From Eledone cirrhosa (lineage: Eukaryota), in the NCBI GenBank assembly GCA_964016885.1, contig OZ024747.1, positions 76,880,001 through 76,944,000 of the forward strand: a DNA stretch of 64,000 bases, in the 5' to 3' direction. Shown piece by piece: positions 1 through 14,095 of the stretch. Every line of letters begins with the position of its first letter. Within the stretch, counting starts at the first letter, position 1. Position numbers and translations under genes: made by a program. The notes under the pieces are model-generated. The model was not told where the DNA came from, searched no databases, and saw nothing but the letters and a program-made list of their open reading frames with translations.

Positions 1-665
1 CATAAAGACTTCTACATTAGTTGACAGTGAGGTAGATATATCCCAGAGGCTGGAGGGACAACATAAAGACTTCTACAATAGTTGACAGTGAGGTAGATAT
101 ATCCCAGAGGCTGGTGGGACAACATAAAGACTTCTACATTAGTTGACAGTGAGGTAGATATATCCCAGAGGCTGGAGGGACAACATAAAGACTTCTACAA
201 TAGTTGACAGTGAGGTAGATATATCCCAGAGGCTGGTGGGACAACATAAAGACTTCTACATTAGTTGACAGTGAGGTAGATATATCCCAGAGGCTGGTGG
301 GACAACATAAAGACTTCTACAATAGTTGACAGTGAGGTAGATATATCCCAGAGGCTGGAGGGACAACATAAAGACTTCTACAATAGTTGACAGTGAGGTA
401 GATATATCCCAGAGGCTGGTGGGACAACATAAAGACTTCTACATTAGTTGACAGTGAGGTAGATATATCCCAGAGGCTGGTGGGACAACATAAAGACTTC
501 TACAATAGTTGACAGTGAGGTAGATATATCCCAGAGGCTGGTGGGACAACATAAAGACTTCTACATTAGTTGACAGTGAGGTAGATATATCCCAGAGGCT
601 GGAGGGACAACATAAAGACTTCTACAATAGTTGACAGTGAGGTAGATATATCCCAGAGGCTGGAA
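1..665. repeat. 61-bp minisatellite, about 11 copies, runs off the left edge of the window
   Basis: Unit CATAAAGACTTCTACA(T/A)TAGTTGACAGTGAGGTAGATATATCCCAGAGGCTGG(A/T)GGGACAA starts at 1, 62, 123 and so on. Confidence 0.97.
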
Positions 666-1127
666 GTGATTGTTCATTCAGTGTTTACATAATCTGTTAT
701 GTTGGAAGTGCCTGTAGAAACCAAATATCACTTGAATGTTCAAGTGGCCCGAGACTCAGTATCTTTCCTTCATTGCCTAACATTTGAAAATTTTAGTTTA
801 TTAGAACATTTTTTTCAACACGTGTCAGCATGTCACCACATGAAATAAAAAAAAATTAGCAATTTTGTATGTGTGTGTGTGTGTGCATATGCATACATTT
901 ATATGTATGAGTATATAAAAATAAACGCATAAACACAGACACATTTACAAAAATATACACTCACAGACATACATTCACACAAACACACACTCACACAGCG
1001 TAGCAAATGGAACGCTAGCCATTGTTTTGCTATAGTTTTTACACCATCCTCTTCCTTCCTTTTACACAAACATACATTGTGTGATGGATGGAAGTTGCTT
1101 AAATTTATATATAGATTGTGAAATGTG

Positions 1128-1385
1128 AGGAGGGTACTTTAGTTAGGATATTGGTACCCTGATGGGTTCAATTATTGGACATGGTGGTGCATTGTGTCCT
1201 TGAGCAGACCCTCCATTTCATGGTGACCTAGTCCACTCAACAGTGAGTACTGGAAACACATGAGGATGAGCCCTGCGATAGACGAACATTCCAGCCAGGA
1301 CAGAGTCTTGTATTCTCAGTCAATTTATACCAAAGAAACTGAGATAAGATCTGAACTGATCAGCTTCTTAGGACAGACTTTAACT
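1128..1385 (+). mobile_element. Degenerate SINE with CORE-like middle and V-domain-like 3' part
   Basis: TTGTGTCCTTGAGCAG core followed by CCCTGCGATAGACGAACATTCCAGCCAGG...AGAAACTGAGATAAG. A homologous copy lies on - at 24855-25142. Confidence 0.6.
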
Positions 1386-1496
1386 CATTCGGTAATAATT
1401 CAGCAGAGAATATCTGAAAATGGATTTGTTCATTCAAATGTTTATACTATCTTTACTATATGTTATAGTATGTATCACAGTAAATTCTTACTACAA

Positions 1497-4400
1497 CAGA
1501 CTTTGGTCTAGAGACTATGTAGATTATTACATCAGACTTTGTTCTAGAGACTGTGTAGGTTATTACATCAGAATTTGGTCTGGAGACTATGTAGGTTATT
1601 ACATCAGAATTTGGTCTGGAGACTATGTAGGTTATTACATCAGACTTTGGTCTAGAGACTATGTAGGTTATTACACCAGACTTTGGTCTAGAGACTATTT
1701 AAGTTATTACACCAGACTTTGGTCTAGAGACTATGTAGGTTATATTACACCAGACTTTGGTCTAGAGACTATGTAGGTTATATTACACCAGACTTTGGTC
1801 TAGAGACTATGTAGGCTATTACACCAGACTTTGGTCTAGAGACTATGTAGGCTAGAGACTATGTAGGTTATTACATCAGACTTTGGTCTAGAGACTGTGT
1901 TATTACACCAGACTTTGGTCTAGAGACTATGTTATTACACAAGACTTTGGTCTAGAGACTATGTTATTACACAAGACTTTTGTCTAGAGACTATGTAGGT
2001 TATTACATCAGACTTTGGTCTAGAGACTGTGTTATTACACCAGACTTTGGTCTAGACTATGTTATTACACAAGACTTTGGTCTAGAGACTATGTTATTAC
2101 ACAAGACTTTGGTCTAGAGACTGTGTTATTACACAAGACTTTGGTCTAGAGACTATGTTATTACACAAGACTTTTGTCTAGAGACTATGTAGATTATTAC
2201 ATCAGACTTTGTTCTAGAGACTATGTAGGTTATTACATCAGACTTTGGTCTAGAGACTATGTAGGTTATTACATCAGACTTTGGTCTAGAGACTATGTAG
2301 GTTATTACATCAGAATTTGGTCTAGAGACTATGTAGGTTATTACACCAGACTTTGGTCTAGATACTATGTAGGTTATTACATCAAACTTTGGTCTAGATA
2401 CTATGTAGGTTATTACATCAGACTTTGGTCTAGAGACTATGTAGGTTATTACATCAGACTTTGGTCTAGAGACTATGTAGGTTATTACATCAGACTTTGG
2501 TCTAGAGACTATGTAGGTTATTACATCAGACTTTGGTCTAGATACTATGTAGGTTATTACATCAGACTTTGGTCTGGAGACTATGTAGGTTATTACATCA
2601 GACTTTGGTCTAGATACTATGTAGGTTATTACATCAGACTTTGGTCTAGAGACTATGTAGGTTATTACACCAGACTTTGGTCTAGAGACTATTTAAGTTA
2701 TTACACCAGACTTTGGTCTAGAGACTATGTAGGTTATATTACACCAGACTTTGGTCTAGAGACTATTTAAGTTATTACACCAGACTTTGGTCTAGAGACT
2801 ATGTAGGTTATATTACACCAGACTTTGGTCTAGAGACTATGTAGGTTATTACACCAGACTTTGGTCTAGAGACTATGTAGGCTAGAGACTATGTAGGTTA
2901 TTACATCAGAATTTGGTCTAGAGACTATGTAGGCTAGAGACTATGTAGGTTATATTACACCAGACTTTGGTCTAGAGACTATGTAGGTTATTACACCAGA
3001 CTTTGGTCTAGAGACTATGTAGGCTAGAGACTATGTAGGTTATTACATCAGAATTTGGTCTAGAGACTGTAGGTTATTACATCAGACTTTGGTCTAGAGA
3101 CTATGTAGGTTATTACATCAGAATTTGGTCTAGAGACTATGTAGGTTATTACATCAGAATTTGGTCTAGAGACTATGTAGGTTATTACATCAGAATTTGG
3201 TCTAGAGACTATGTAGGTTATTACATCAGAATTTGGTCTAGAGACTATGTAGGTTATTACACCAGACTTTGGTCTAGAGACTATGTAGGTTATTACACCA
3301 GACTTTGGTCTAGAGACTATGTAGGTTATTACATCAGAATTTGGTCTAGAGACTATGTAGGTTATTACATCAGAATTTGGTCTAGAGACTATGTAGGTTA
3401 TTACATCAGAATTTGGTCTAGAGACTATGTAGGTTATTACACCAGACTTTGGTCTAGAGACTATGTAGGTTATTACACCAGACTTTGGTCTAGAGACTAT
3501 GTAGGTTATTACATCAGAATTTGGTCTAGAGACTATGTAGGTTATTACATCAGAATTTGGTCTAGAGACTATGTAGGTTATTACATCAGAATTTGGTCTA
3601 GAGACTATGTAGGTTATTACATCAGAATTTGGTCTAGAGACTATGTAGGTTATTACATCAGAATTTGGTCTAGAGACTATGTAGGTTATTACATCAGAAT
3701 TTGGTCTAGAGACTATGTAGGTTATTACATCAGAATTTGGTCTAGAGACTATGTAGGTTATTACACCAGACTTTGGTCTAGAGACTATGTAGGTTATTAC
3801 ACCAGACTTTGGTCTAGAGACTATGTAGGTTATTACATCAGAATTTGGTCTAGAGACTATGTAGGTTATTACATCAGAATTTGGTCTAGAGACTATGTAG
3901 GTTATTACATCAGAATTTGGTCTAGAGACTATGTAGGTTATTACACCAGACTTTGGTCTAGAGACTATGTAGGTTATTACACCAGACTTTGGTCTAGAGA
4001 CTATGTAGGTTATTACATCAGAATTTGGTCTAGAGACTATGTAGGTTATTACATCAGAATTTGGTCTAGAGACTATGTAGGTTATTACATCAGAATTTGG
4101 TCTAGAGACTATGTAGGTTATTACATCAGAATTTGGTCTAGAGACTATGTAGGTTATTACATCAGAATTTGGTCTAGAGACTATGTAGGTTATTACACCA
4201 GACTTTGGTCTAGAGACTATGTAGGTTATTACACCAGACTTTGGTCTAGAGACTATGTAGGTTATTACATCAGAATTTGGTCTAGAGACTATGTAGGTTA
4301 TTACACCAGACTTTGGTCTAGAGACTATGTAGGTTATTACACCAGACTTTGGTCTAGAGACTATGTAGGTTATTACACCAGAATTTGGTCTAGAGACTAT

Positions 4401-4566
4401 GTAGGTTATTACACCAGACTTTGGTCTAGAGACTATGTAGGTTATTACATCAGACTTTGGTCTAGAGACTATGTAGGTTATTACATCAGAATTTGGTCTA
4501 GAGACTATGTAGGTTATTACATCAGACTTTGGTCTAGAGACTATGTAGGTTATTACATCAAACTTT
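1497..4566. repeat. 36-bp minisatellite array, about 3 kb
   Basis: Unit CAGA(C/A)TTTGGTCTAGAGACTATGTAGGTTATTACA(T/C). It produces the 12-aa periodic ORFs at 2174-2770 and 3060-4598. Confidence 0.98.
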
Positions 4567-4639
4567 GAATCCAAACAAGATTTATATTTAGTCAACAAAA
4601 CATCCTGGTATTTATTTAGGTTTGCTTGTTGGGTGGGTA

Positions 4640-4921
4640 GGTGAGATGATCATCATCATGTTAATGGTAATGGTGACGGTAGTGGCGGTGGTGGTGGTAG
4701 TAGTGTTAATGGTGGTGTTGGTAGTGTTGTTGGTAGTGGTGGTGGTAGTAGTGTTAATTGTGGTGGTAGTAGTGTTGGTAGTAGTAGTAGTAATGGTAGT
4801 AGTAATAGTAGTAGTAGTGGTGGTGGTGGTAGTAGTGGTGGTGGTAGTAGTGGTGGTGGTGGTAGTAGTGGTGGTGGTGGTGGTGGTGGTAGTAATGGTG
4901 GTGGTGGTAGTAGTAGTGGTG
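4640..4921. repeat. (GTG/GTA)n trinucleotide low-complexity tract
   Basis: Direct inspection; gives poly-V and poly-T ORFs. Confidence 0.95.
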
Positions 4922-5152
4922 AGCTGTAACAGCTTCAGGCTCAATAAGACATTAAGTTGTTATGACTAATGATTTACGAACTGTTAACATTTCTCAGTCT
5001 TCCTTCTAGAGAAGGAAGGAAAGAGAGAGGGAGAGAGAGACTGTGTGTGTGTGTGTGTGTGCATCATCATCATCATTTAATAATGATGCTAACAAGAGTT
5101 TGGACATATATTTATTTACCTGCTGCATGTGACTATATATACAAACATATAT

Positions 5153-5227
<75 letters not shown>

Positions 5228-5269
5228 AACATATATATATATATATATATATATAGTTAACATACATAA

Positions 5270-5304
<35 letters not shown>

Positions 5305-5495
5305 TGTATATATAAGTTTGTATATATAGTTATATACATACATAAATACATATATATATATCATCATCATTATCCATCCTCTTTTTCCTGCTTGCAAGGG
5401 TGGGACGGTATATATACTTATAAAAATACAAAAACTATATATATTAAAGTTTAACCAAAGTATCGCTGCTTTCACCCTTAACGGGATCTTCTGGA

Positions 5496-5568
<73 letters not shown>

Positions 5569-5610
5569 TGTATGTGTATATATATATATATATATACATA
5601 CATACATACA

Positions 5611-5643
<33 letters not shown>

Positions 5644-6085
5644 CTATATATGTATACGGTGGTATTGTGTTAGTAGTGGTGTCGTAGATGTGGTTTATTC
5701 TTATTAACACTCACTGGCCTAAGGTTAAAAACAATTCTCCCATTATCATATTTTTATTTCTTAGGCATAGTGTACCTTGGGCTACCTTATCCAATGTGTG
5801 CTTACTCTTTCTAAGCTGTTGGGGGTGTATTTTGCTGTTATTTCTAGCAATGACTGACTCCTCTGTAGTAGTAATGGTGGTGTGACAGATGTGACATCAT
5901 TTTACTATTTCTAAAGTTATGTAAATAATTATATATATTTCAAGTTGATTATATGTACACACACACACATATATATATATATGTGTGTGTCTATACATAC
6001 ACACACACCACAGGCTCATATATATATATATATATATATATATGTTTATACATACTTTCATGTGTACACACACACACACCACAGG

Positions 6086-6123
<38 letters not shown>

Positions 6124-6158
6124 TATACATACTTTCATGTGTACAGACACACACACAC

Positions 6159-6190
<32 letters not shown>

Positions 6191-6193
<3 letters not shown>

Positions 6194-6402
6194 TCCACTC
6201 TGTAGTGGGTAACACGGTAAAAAGCTCCCAGTCCACACTGTAAATGTAGTTGGCGTTAGGAAGGGCATGCAGCCGTAGAAAACCTGCCAGATAGTCCTAT
6301 ACGAGGGAGACACAGTCACCCAACCAATCTTGCCTGAAGAGGGACAATTCCCGTCTAACCCATGCTAACGTGGAAGATAGACGTTAAACGATGATGATGA
6401 TA
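6191..6402 (+). mobile_element. RTE LINE 3'-tail fragment
   Basis: Matches the 3' UTR of the LINE at 44490-44703 (GTTAGGAAGGGCAT...GACGTTAAACGATGATGAT). Confidence 0.8.
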
Positions 6403-6662
6403 ATGTATGTATGTATGGCAAGATGTACACATACAAACATGTATATGTATAATTTAAATGGATATACCAGGTTGTATGTACACATGAAAGTACGTATAGA
6501 CTTAACACATACATACATACATACATCTGCATAATATAGCCACATTTAATGCATAGACACACACACATACTGCATCAAACACACTGTCAGTGACATACAC
6601 GTGATCATCATATATTCATACCAATGGACAGTCACATGTACATGTGAAATTCTACGCAATAC

Positions 6663-6693
<31 letters not shown>

Positions 6694-6962
6694 CACACCA
6701 ATTTATTTATATATTAATTTAGGTCTATTACGAATTGTGTACAATCTCTCTTCAAAAGTTATCAACACACAACAAAGAAATGAAAATAACACAAATCATG
6801 TCATCACAGGCTGCACGTAGACAATATTATCACCTACATAAAGTTGAAGTTCTTAATGTTCTCTACTGCATGAAACGACATTTGTAAGACATTCTTGAAA
6901 AGTACAACACAACGCTATCACTGCATCATAGTCAAAATTAAAATCTTCACTCTAATATTGCA

Positions 6963-7151
6963 AAGTCTGGTGTAATAACATAGTCTCTAGACCAAACTCT
7001 GGTGTAATAACCTACATAGTCTCTAGACCAAACTCTGGTGTAATAACCTACATAGTCTCTAGACCAAAGTCTGGTGTAATAACATAGTCTCTAGACCAAA
7101 CTCTGGTGTAATAACCTACATAGTCTCTAGACCAAAGTCTGGTGTAATAAC
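6963..7151 (-). repeat. Short inverted copy (5-6 units) of the 36-bp minisatellite
   Basis: GTGTAATAACCTACATAGTCTCTAGACCAAA is the reverse complement of the 1497-4566 unit. Confidence 0.95.
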
Positions 7152-7579
7152 AAAAATGTGAAAACAGTGTAGCTGGTGTTAGGAAGGCCATCCAGCTGTA
7201 AAACCCCAGAGCCAAAACACAATTCTGTTTGAGAAAGCAGCCAACTGGCCAGACCCTGCTCATAATGGGACCACCCGGTTCCACACTATAAATGTGGTCG
7301 GTGTTAGGAAGGGCTTCCAGCTGTAAAATATCCCAGCCAAAATACAGTTCCATTTGAGCACGGTACAGTGTGGCTAACTAGCCAGACTTGTCTAATAATG
7401 TAGATGACCTGTCTAACCCATGCAAGCAAGGAAAAATAAGATGTTAAACGCTGATGATGATGATGATACAGTGTCTGTTGAATAACTCATTCACATATAC
7501 TATAATTTAATAGGTTTAGTGGTTTGAACCACAAGTCTCTTCAACAGTGGAGTTGTTGCAAGGCTGGCTTACATAGCCA

Positions 7580-8603
7580 TAACCCTACTAACTGGTCTTG
7601 TCAATAACACACTAACCCTACTAACTGGTCTTGTCAATAACACACTAACCCTACTAACTGGTCTTGTCAATAACACACTAACCCTACTAACTGGTCTTGT
7701 CAATAACACACTAACCCTACTAACTGGTCTTGTCAATAACACACTAACCCTACTAACTGGTCTTGTCAATAACACACTAACCCTACTAACTGGTCTTGTC
7801 AATAACACACTAACCCTACTAACTGGTCTTGTCAATAACACACTAACCCTACTAACTGGTCTTGTCAATAACACCCTAACCCTACTAACTGGTCTTGTCA
7901 ATAACACACTAACCCTACTAACTGGTCTTGTCAATAACACACTAACCCTACTAACTGGTCTTGTCAATAACACACTAACCCTACTAACTGGTCTTGTCAA
8001 TAACACCCTAACCCTACTAACTGGTCTTGTCAATAACACCCTAACCCTACTAACTGGTCTTGTCAATAACACACTAACCCTACTAACTGGTCTTGTCAAT
8101 AACACACTAACCCTACTAACTGGTCTTGTCAATAACACACTAACCCTACTAACTGGTCTTGTCAATAACACACTAACCCTACTAACTGGTCTTGTCAATA
8201 ACACACTAACCCTACTAACTGGTCTTGTCAATAACACACTAACCCTACTAACTGGTCTTGTCAATAACACACTAACCCTACTAACTGGTCTTGTCAATAA
8301 CACACTAACCCTACTAACTGGTCTTGTCAATAACACACTAACCCTACTAACTGGTCTTGTCAATAACACACTAACCCTACTAACTGGTCTTGTCAATAAC
8401 ACACTAACCCTACTAACTGGTCTTGTCAATAACACACTAACCCTACTAACTGGTCTTGTCAATAACACACTAACCCTACTAACTGGTCTTGTCAATAACA
8501 CACTAACCCTACTAACTGGTCTTGTCAATAACACACTAACCCTACTAACTGGTCTTGTCAATAACACACTAACCCTACTAACTGGTCTTGTCAATAACAC
8601 ACT
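7580..8603. repeat. 33-bp minisatellite, about 31 near-identical copies
   Basis: Unit AACCCTACTAACTGGTCTTGTCAATAACACACT; source of the 11-aa periodic ORF 7569-8663. Confidence 0.98.
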
Positions 8604-11334
8604 AGATAAACACCACCTGAACACACTAGATAGAACACAACCTGAACACACTAGATAGAACACGACCTGAACACACTAGATAGAGCACGACCTGAACACA
8701 CTAGATAGAACACAACCTGAACACACTAGATAGAACAACCTGAACACACTAGATAGAGCACGACCTGAACACACTAGATAGAACACAACCTGAACACACT
8801 AGATAGAACACAACCTGAACACACTAGATAGAGCACAACCTGAACACACTAGATAGAACACAACCTGAACACACTAGATAGAACAACCTGAACACACTAG
8901 ATAGAGCACGACCTGAACACACTAGATAGAACACAACCTGAACACACTAGATAGAACACAACCTGAACACACTAGATAGAACACAACCTGAACACACTAG
9001 ATAGAACACATGAACACACTAGATAGAACACAACCTGACCACACTAGATAGAACACAACCTGAAAACACTAGATAGAACACAACCTGAAAACACTAGATA
9101 GAACACAACCTGACCACACTAGATAGAACACAACCTGAACACACTAGATAGAACACAACCTGAACACACTAGATAGAACACAACCTGGACACACTAGATA
9201 GAACACAACCTGAACACACTGGATAGAACACAACCTGAACACACTAGATAGAACAACCTGAACACACTAGATAGAACACGACCTGAACACACTAGATAGA
9301 ACACAACCTGAACACACTAGATAGAACACAACCTGAACACACTAGATAGAACACAACCTGAACACACTAGATAGAACACAACCTGAACACACTAGATAGA
9401 ACACAACCTGAACACACTAGATAGAGCACAACCTGAACACACTAGGTAGAACACAACCTGAACACACTAGATAGAACACAACCTGAACACACTAGATAGA
9501 ACACAACCTGAACACACTAGATAGAACACAACCTGAACACACTAGATAGAACACAACCTGAACACACTAGATAGAACACAACCTGAACACACTAGATAGA
9601 ACACAACCTGAACACACTAGATAGAACACAACCTGAACACACTAGATAGAACACAACCTGACCACACTAGATAGAGCACAACCTGAACACACTAGATAGA
9701 ACACAACCTGAACACACTAGATAGAACACGACCTGAAAACACTAGATAGAACACAACCTGAACACACTAGATAGAACACAACCTGAACACACTAGATAGA
9801 ACACCACCTGAACACACTAGATAGAACACAACCTGAACACACTAGATAGAACACAACCTGAACACACTAGATAGAACACAACCTGAACACACTGGATAGA
9901 ACACAACCTGAACACACTAGATAGAACAACCTGAACACACTAGATAGAACACGACCTGAACACACTAGATAGAACACAACCTGAACACACTAGATAGAAC
10001 ACAACCTGAACACACTAGATAGAACACAACCTGAACACACTAGATAGAGCACAACCTGAACACACTAGGTAGAACACAACCTGAACACACTAGATAGAGC
10101 ACAACCTGAACACACTAGGTAGAACACAACCTGAACACACTAGATAGAACACAACCTGAACACACTAGATAGAACACAACCTGAACACACTAGATAGAAC
10201 ACAACCTGAACACACTAGATAGAACACAACCTGAACACACTAGATAGAGCACAACCTGAACACACTAGGTAGAACACAACCTGAACACACTAGATAGAAC
10301 ACAACCTGAACACACTAGATAGAACACAACCTGAACACACTAGATAGAACACAACCTGAACACACTAGATAGAACACAACCTGAACACACTAGATAGAAC
10401 ACAACCTGAACACACTAGATAGAACACAACCTGAACACACTAGATAGAACACAACCTGACCACACTAGATAAAGCACAACCTGAACACACTAGATAGAAC
10501 ACGACCTGAACACACTAGATAGAACACGACCTGAACACACTAGATAGAACACAACCTGAACACACTAGGTAGAACACAACCTGAACACACTAGATAGAAC
10601 ACAACCTGAACACACTAGATAGAAAACGACCTGAACACACTAGATAGAACACAACCTGAACACACTAGATAGAACACGACCTGAACACACTAGATAGAAC
10701 ACGACCTGAACACACTAGATAGAGCACAACCGGAACACACTAGATAGAACACAACCTGAACACACTAGATAGAACACAACCTGAACACACTAGATAGAAC
10801 ACAACCTGAACACACTAGATAGAACACATGAACACACTAGATAGAACACAACCTGACCACACTAGATAGAACACAACCTGAACACACTAGATAGAACACG
10901 ACCTGAACACACTAGATAGAATACAACCTGAACACACTAGATAGAGCACAACCTGAACACACTAGATAGAACACGACCTGAACACACTAGATAGAACACG
11001 ACCTGAACACACTAGATAGAACACGACCTGAACACACTAGATAGAACACCACCTGAACACACTAGATAGAACACAACCTGAACACACTAGATAGAGCACA
11101 ACCTGAACACACTAGATAGAACACCACCTGAACACACTAGATAGAACACAACCTGAACACACTAGATAGAGCACAACCTGACCACACTAGATAGAACACG
11201 ACCTGAACACACTAGATAGAGCACAAGCTGAACACACTAGATAGAACACGACCTGAACACACTAGATAGAACACAACCTGAACACACTAGATAGAACACA
11301 ACCTGACCACACTAGATAGAACACCACCTGAACA
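8596..11334. repeat. 25-bp minisatellite, roughly 110 copies
   Basis: Unit AACACACTAGATAGAACACAACCTG; directly abuts the 33-bp array. Confidence 0.98.
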
Positions 11335-11477
11335 TGACTAACAATCCACACAGGTCAATTAATCACCCAATTCCTCTTCAGGTGTCCAGTTCCTCACTAA
11401 ATGCAGCCTGTCACCTAATACAACTACAAACACATGCAAACATATGAGAACCTTATTACAAGACTAACACTAACATG

Positions 11478-11660
11478 GGTTAACAGAATTGGTAGAGCTT
11501 CAGACAAAATATCTTTGCAATAACTGTCCCATCTCTTTACATTCTGAGTTCAAATCCTGCAGAGGTCAACTTTGCCTTTCACACTTCTGAAGTCATTAAT
11601 CTAAAGTAGTAATCAAGTACTGGATTTGTTTAATTGGCTTTATTCTACTCCTCCCACAAA
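11478..11660 (+). mobile_element. Degenerate tRNA-derived SINE with Nin-like central domain
   Basis: GGTAGAGC...GAGTTCAAATCC (A/B-box-like) followed by GAGGTCAACTTTGCCTTTCA...AAGTACTGG. Confidence 0.6.
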
Positions 11661-11749
11661 ATCATTGACCTTCCTCCTCCCACCAAATTGCTGACCCTCC
11701 TCTTCCTTCTTCCCACTACATTACTGACCCTCCTCCTTAGATTAGATAA

Positions 11750-12146
11750 TTGTTTCTACTTTCGGCACAAGGCCAGCAATTATCCCAGTACATTACTGGT
11801 ACTTTATTTTATCGACCCCCCATGTAAGGATGAAAGGTAAAGTTAACCTTGGCGGGATTTGAACCCAGTCTGTAAAGGGTCGTAACTCTATGCTGCTAAA
11901 CATGGCGTCCGACCCTCTACCGAAATATATTGGTTTCTTATATAGGCACAAGGCCAGCAATTTTGGGGAGAGGAAAGTCGATTAAATCGACCTCAGTATG
12001 TGACTGGTACTTTATTTTATCGACCTCGTAAGGATGAAAGGTAAAGTTAATCTCGGCAGGATTTGAACTCAGGCCGTAAAGGGCCGTAACTCTATGCTGC
12101 AAAGCATGGCGCCAGACCCTCTACCAATACTGCCAGTCCACCGCCC
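11750..12146 (-). mobile_element. Two tandem SINE copies with Nin-like domain
   Basis: Two related units of about 190 bp with GGCACAAGGCCAGCAAT...ACTGGTACTTTATTTTATCGACC...AAGGATGAAAGGTAAAGTT...GGATTTGAAC (reverse B box). Confidence 0.75.
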
Positions 12147-12849
12147 TTAGATTAAATAATATTATTACAACAGAAATAAAGAGAAAAGAGTGGAAGATAG
12201 AAACTAGTTGACAACATCTCCTGCATGTCCAAACATATCAATAACACACTACAACATAAACCAGTGCAGTCACTGCAACAGCAGCTGCATGTCAAACTAT
12301 ATACAACGGTGAGCTTGATAGAAGGTGGAGGAGGTGGTGGTGGTGGTGGACGAGGAGGAGGAGGAGGAGACACAAGCGTGGTGTAGGTTGGCCTTTTTGA
12401 AGGGGGAGGGTGTACAGTTAACTAGTTCAGGAAATGCAGTCCCTGCAACAGCTGCTTGTCAAACCACCTACAATGCAGTGAGCTTGATGGGAGGAGGAGG
12501 AGGGGGAGGTAGAGGAGGAGGGGGAGACACAAGCAGGGTAGGTTTCAGGAAAACAGGGGAATGGTGGTCCTAATAACAACACTGTTATAATGAAGTACTG
12601 CACTTCTGTAAACTAGTGGTCACACTCAGCAATGACAAGCTAACCTAGATTTATAAACATTATATTAATATGGGTGGTGGAGCAACCTTATTATTTAAGC
12701 TATTTAATAAAGTAAAACATGTCACATTATTTAGTTTCATTTTTCTCTCTTTATAGTCCGAACCCCCATTGAGGTGAACTTTCTTTGACTTTCATACCTC
12801 AGAAATTATAATGTAAAAATTAAGAAAATTTAAAAATACCTTCATAACT

Positions 12850-13212
12850 CCCATAGGTGGACATTAAGGACCAGTTTTTTAACCTATCTCTCAAGTTTTA
12901 ATAACGGTCGGTTTGTGTTTTGGTGCTATAAGTTTAAGGGTTTGTGTTATAACACCATAAGTGTGTATTTAAGGGTTTGTGTTTAAACACCATAAATGCA
13001 TATTTAAGGGTTTATGTTTTAACGCCATAAATGCATATTTAAGGGTCGGTGTTTTGGTGCCGTTAAGTGTGTATTAAGGATTTGTGTTCCTATAGGAATA
13101 TATCAAGGACCAGTGTTTAAGCCACATAGGTGTGAACTAAGGCCAATTTTTAACTCCCATAGATATATTAAGGGTTCCTGTTTTAGCCCTATAGGTGTGT
13201 ATAAAGGGCCAG
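12850..13212. repeat. Degenerate tandem repeat, unit about 39 bp
   Basis: Recurrent CCATA(A/G)GTGTGTATTTAAGGGTTTGTGTTT-like units. Confidence 0.7.
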
Positions 13213-13914
13213 TATGAATTTGCCCAAGATACCATGCTGTAGCATTGAGCCCAGGACTTAATGATTGCAAAGAGAACTCCTGAATCAGAAATTAAATAAA
13301 TAAGCTATGCAACCAGTGTAATTGACTGGAAAAACTGGTCGTGTGTCAGTATAAAATAAGCTCAGAAAATATCTATAATACAAGGATACTAGGTGAGATT
13401 CTGAAACAAATATTGATATGTTAACTTTACATGTACATTTTCCAAACACAAATTTACTTTGCCAGACATGCGATATCATAAAATACACTCAGTACACCCT
13501 ATAAAGTGATTGGGGCATTAGGAAAGAAATCCAGCTGTAGAAACCATGCTAAATATGGAATGTAGGAACATAAAATGTTGAAGATCCAGTAAGAGGTTCA
13601 TAGAATAAGTAGCAGTAATAAACTACGGTTAACCCTTTTCATACCAATTTGCTTGATACCATAGAAGAGTATAAGGTAGTGTATAGTATAACACTGTAGT
13701 GTAAGACAGCGTTATGTGAGACAGTGTATAGTATAACACTGTAGTGTAAGACAGTGTATAATGTAAGAAATGTGTACATGTCTGTGTATGAGTGTGACTA
13801 GTGTATGTGTGTGTATATATATATATAGTAATAATAATAAATTTGAAGACTAAAATCCAAAGAGGGCTCGATAAGGATAAATATATATCAAATATATAAG
13901 AACCCTAAAGCAAA

Positions 13915-14056
13915 TATTTATTAAAATAACAGATTAAAGTTTAAGCAAAGAATCGCTGCTTTCACCCTTAACGGGATCTTCTGAAACTTAGTTTAAGAAG
14001 ATCTCGTTAAGGGTGAAAGCAGCGATTCTTTACTTAAACTTTAATCTGTTATTTTA

Positions 14057-14062
<6 letters not shown>
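13915..14062. mobile_element. Long palindrome with hammerhead-like fold; probable Penelope-like element relic
   Basis: Inverted arms of about 67 bp with a spacer of about 13 bp. Single arms recur at 5443-5495 and 59975-60045. Confidence 0.65.

Positions 14063-14095
<33 letters not shown>

Noticed and set aside
1497-4566. CRISPR array (36-bp repeat length)
   Set aside because: Units are head-to-tail with no unique spacers, there are no cas genes and the context is eukaryotic
3060-8663. Repeat-protein genes (512-aa and 364-aa ORFs)
   Set aside because: Unit lengths of 36 and 33 bp are multiples of 3, so stop-free frames arise trivially; there is no non-repetitive coding flank
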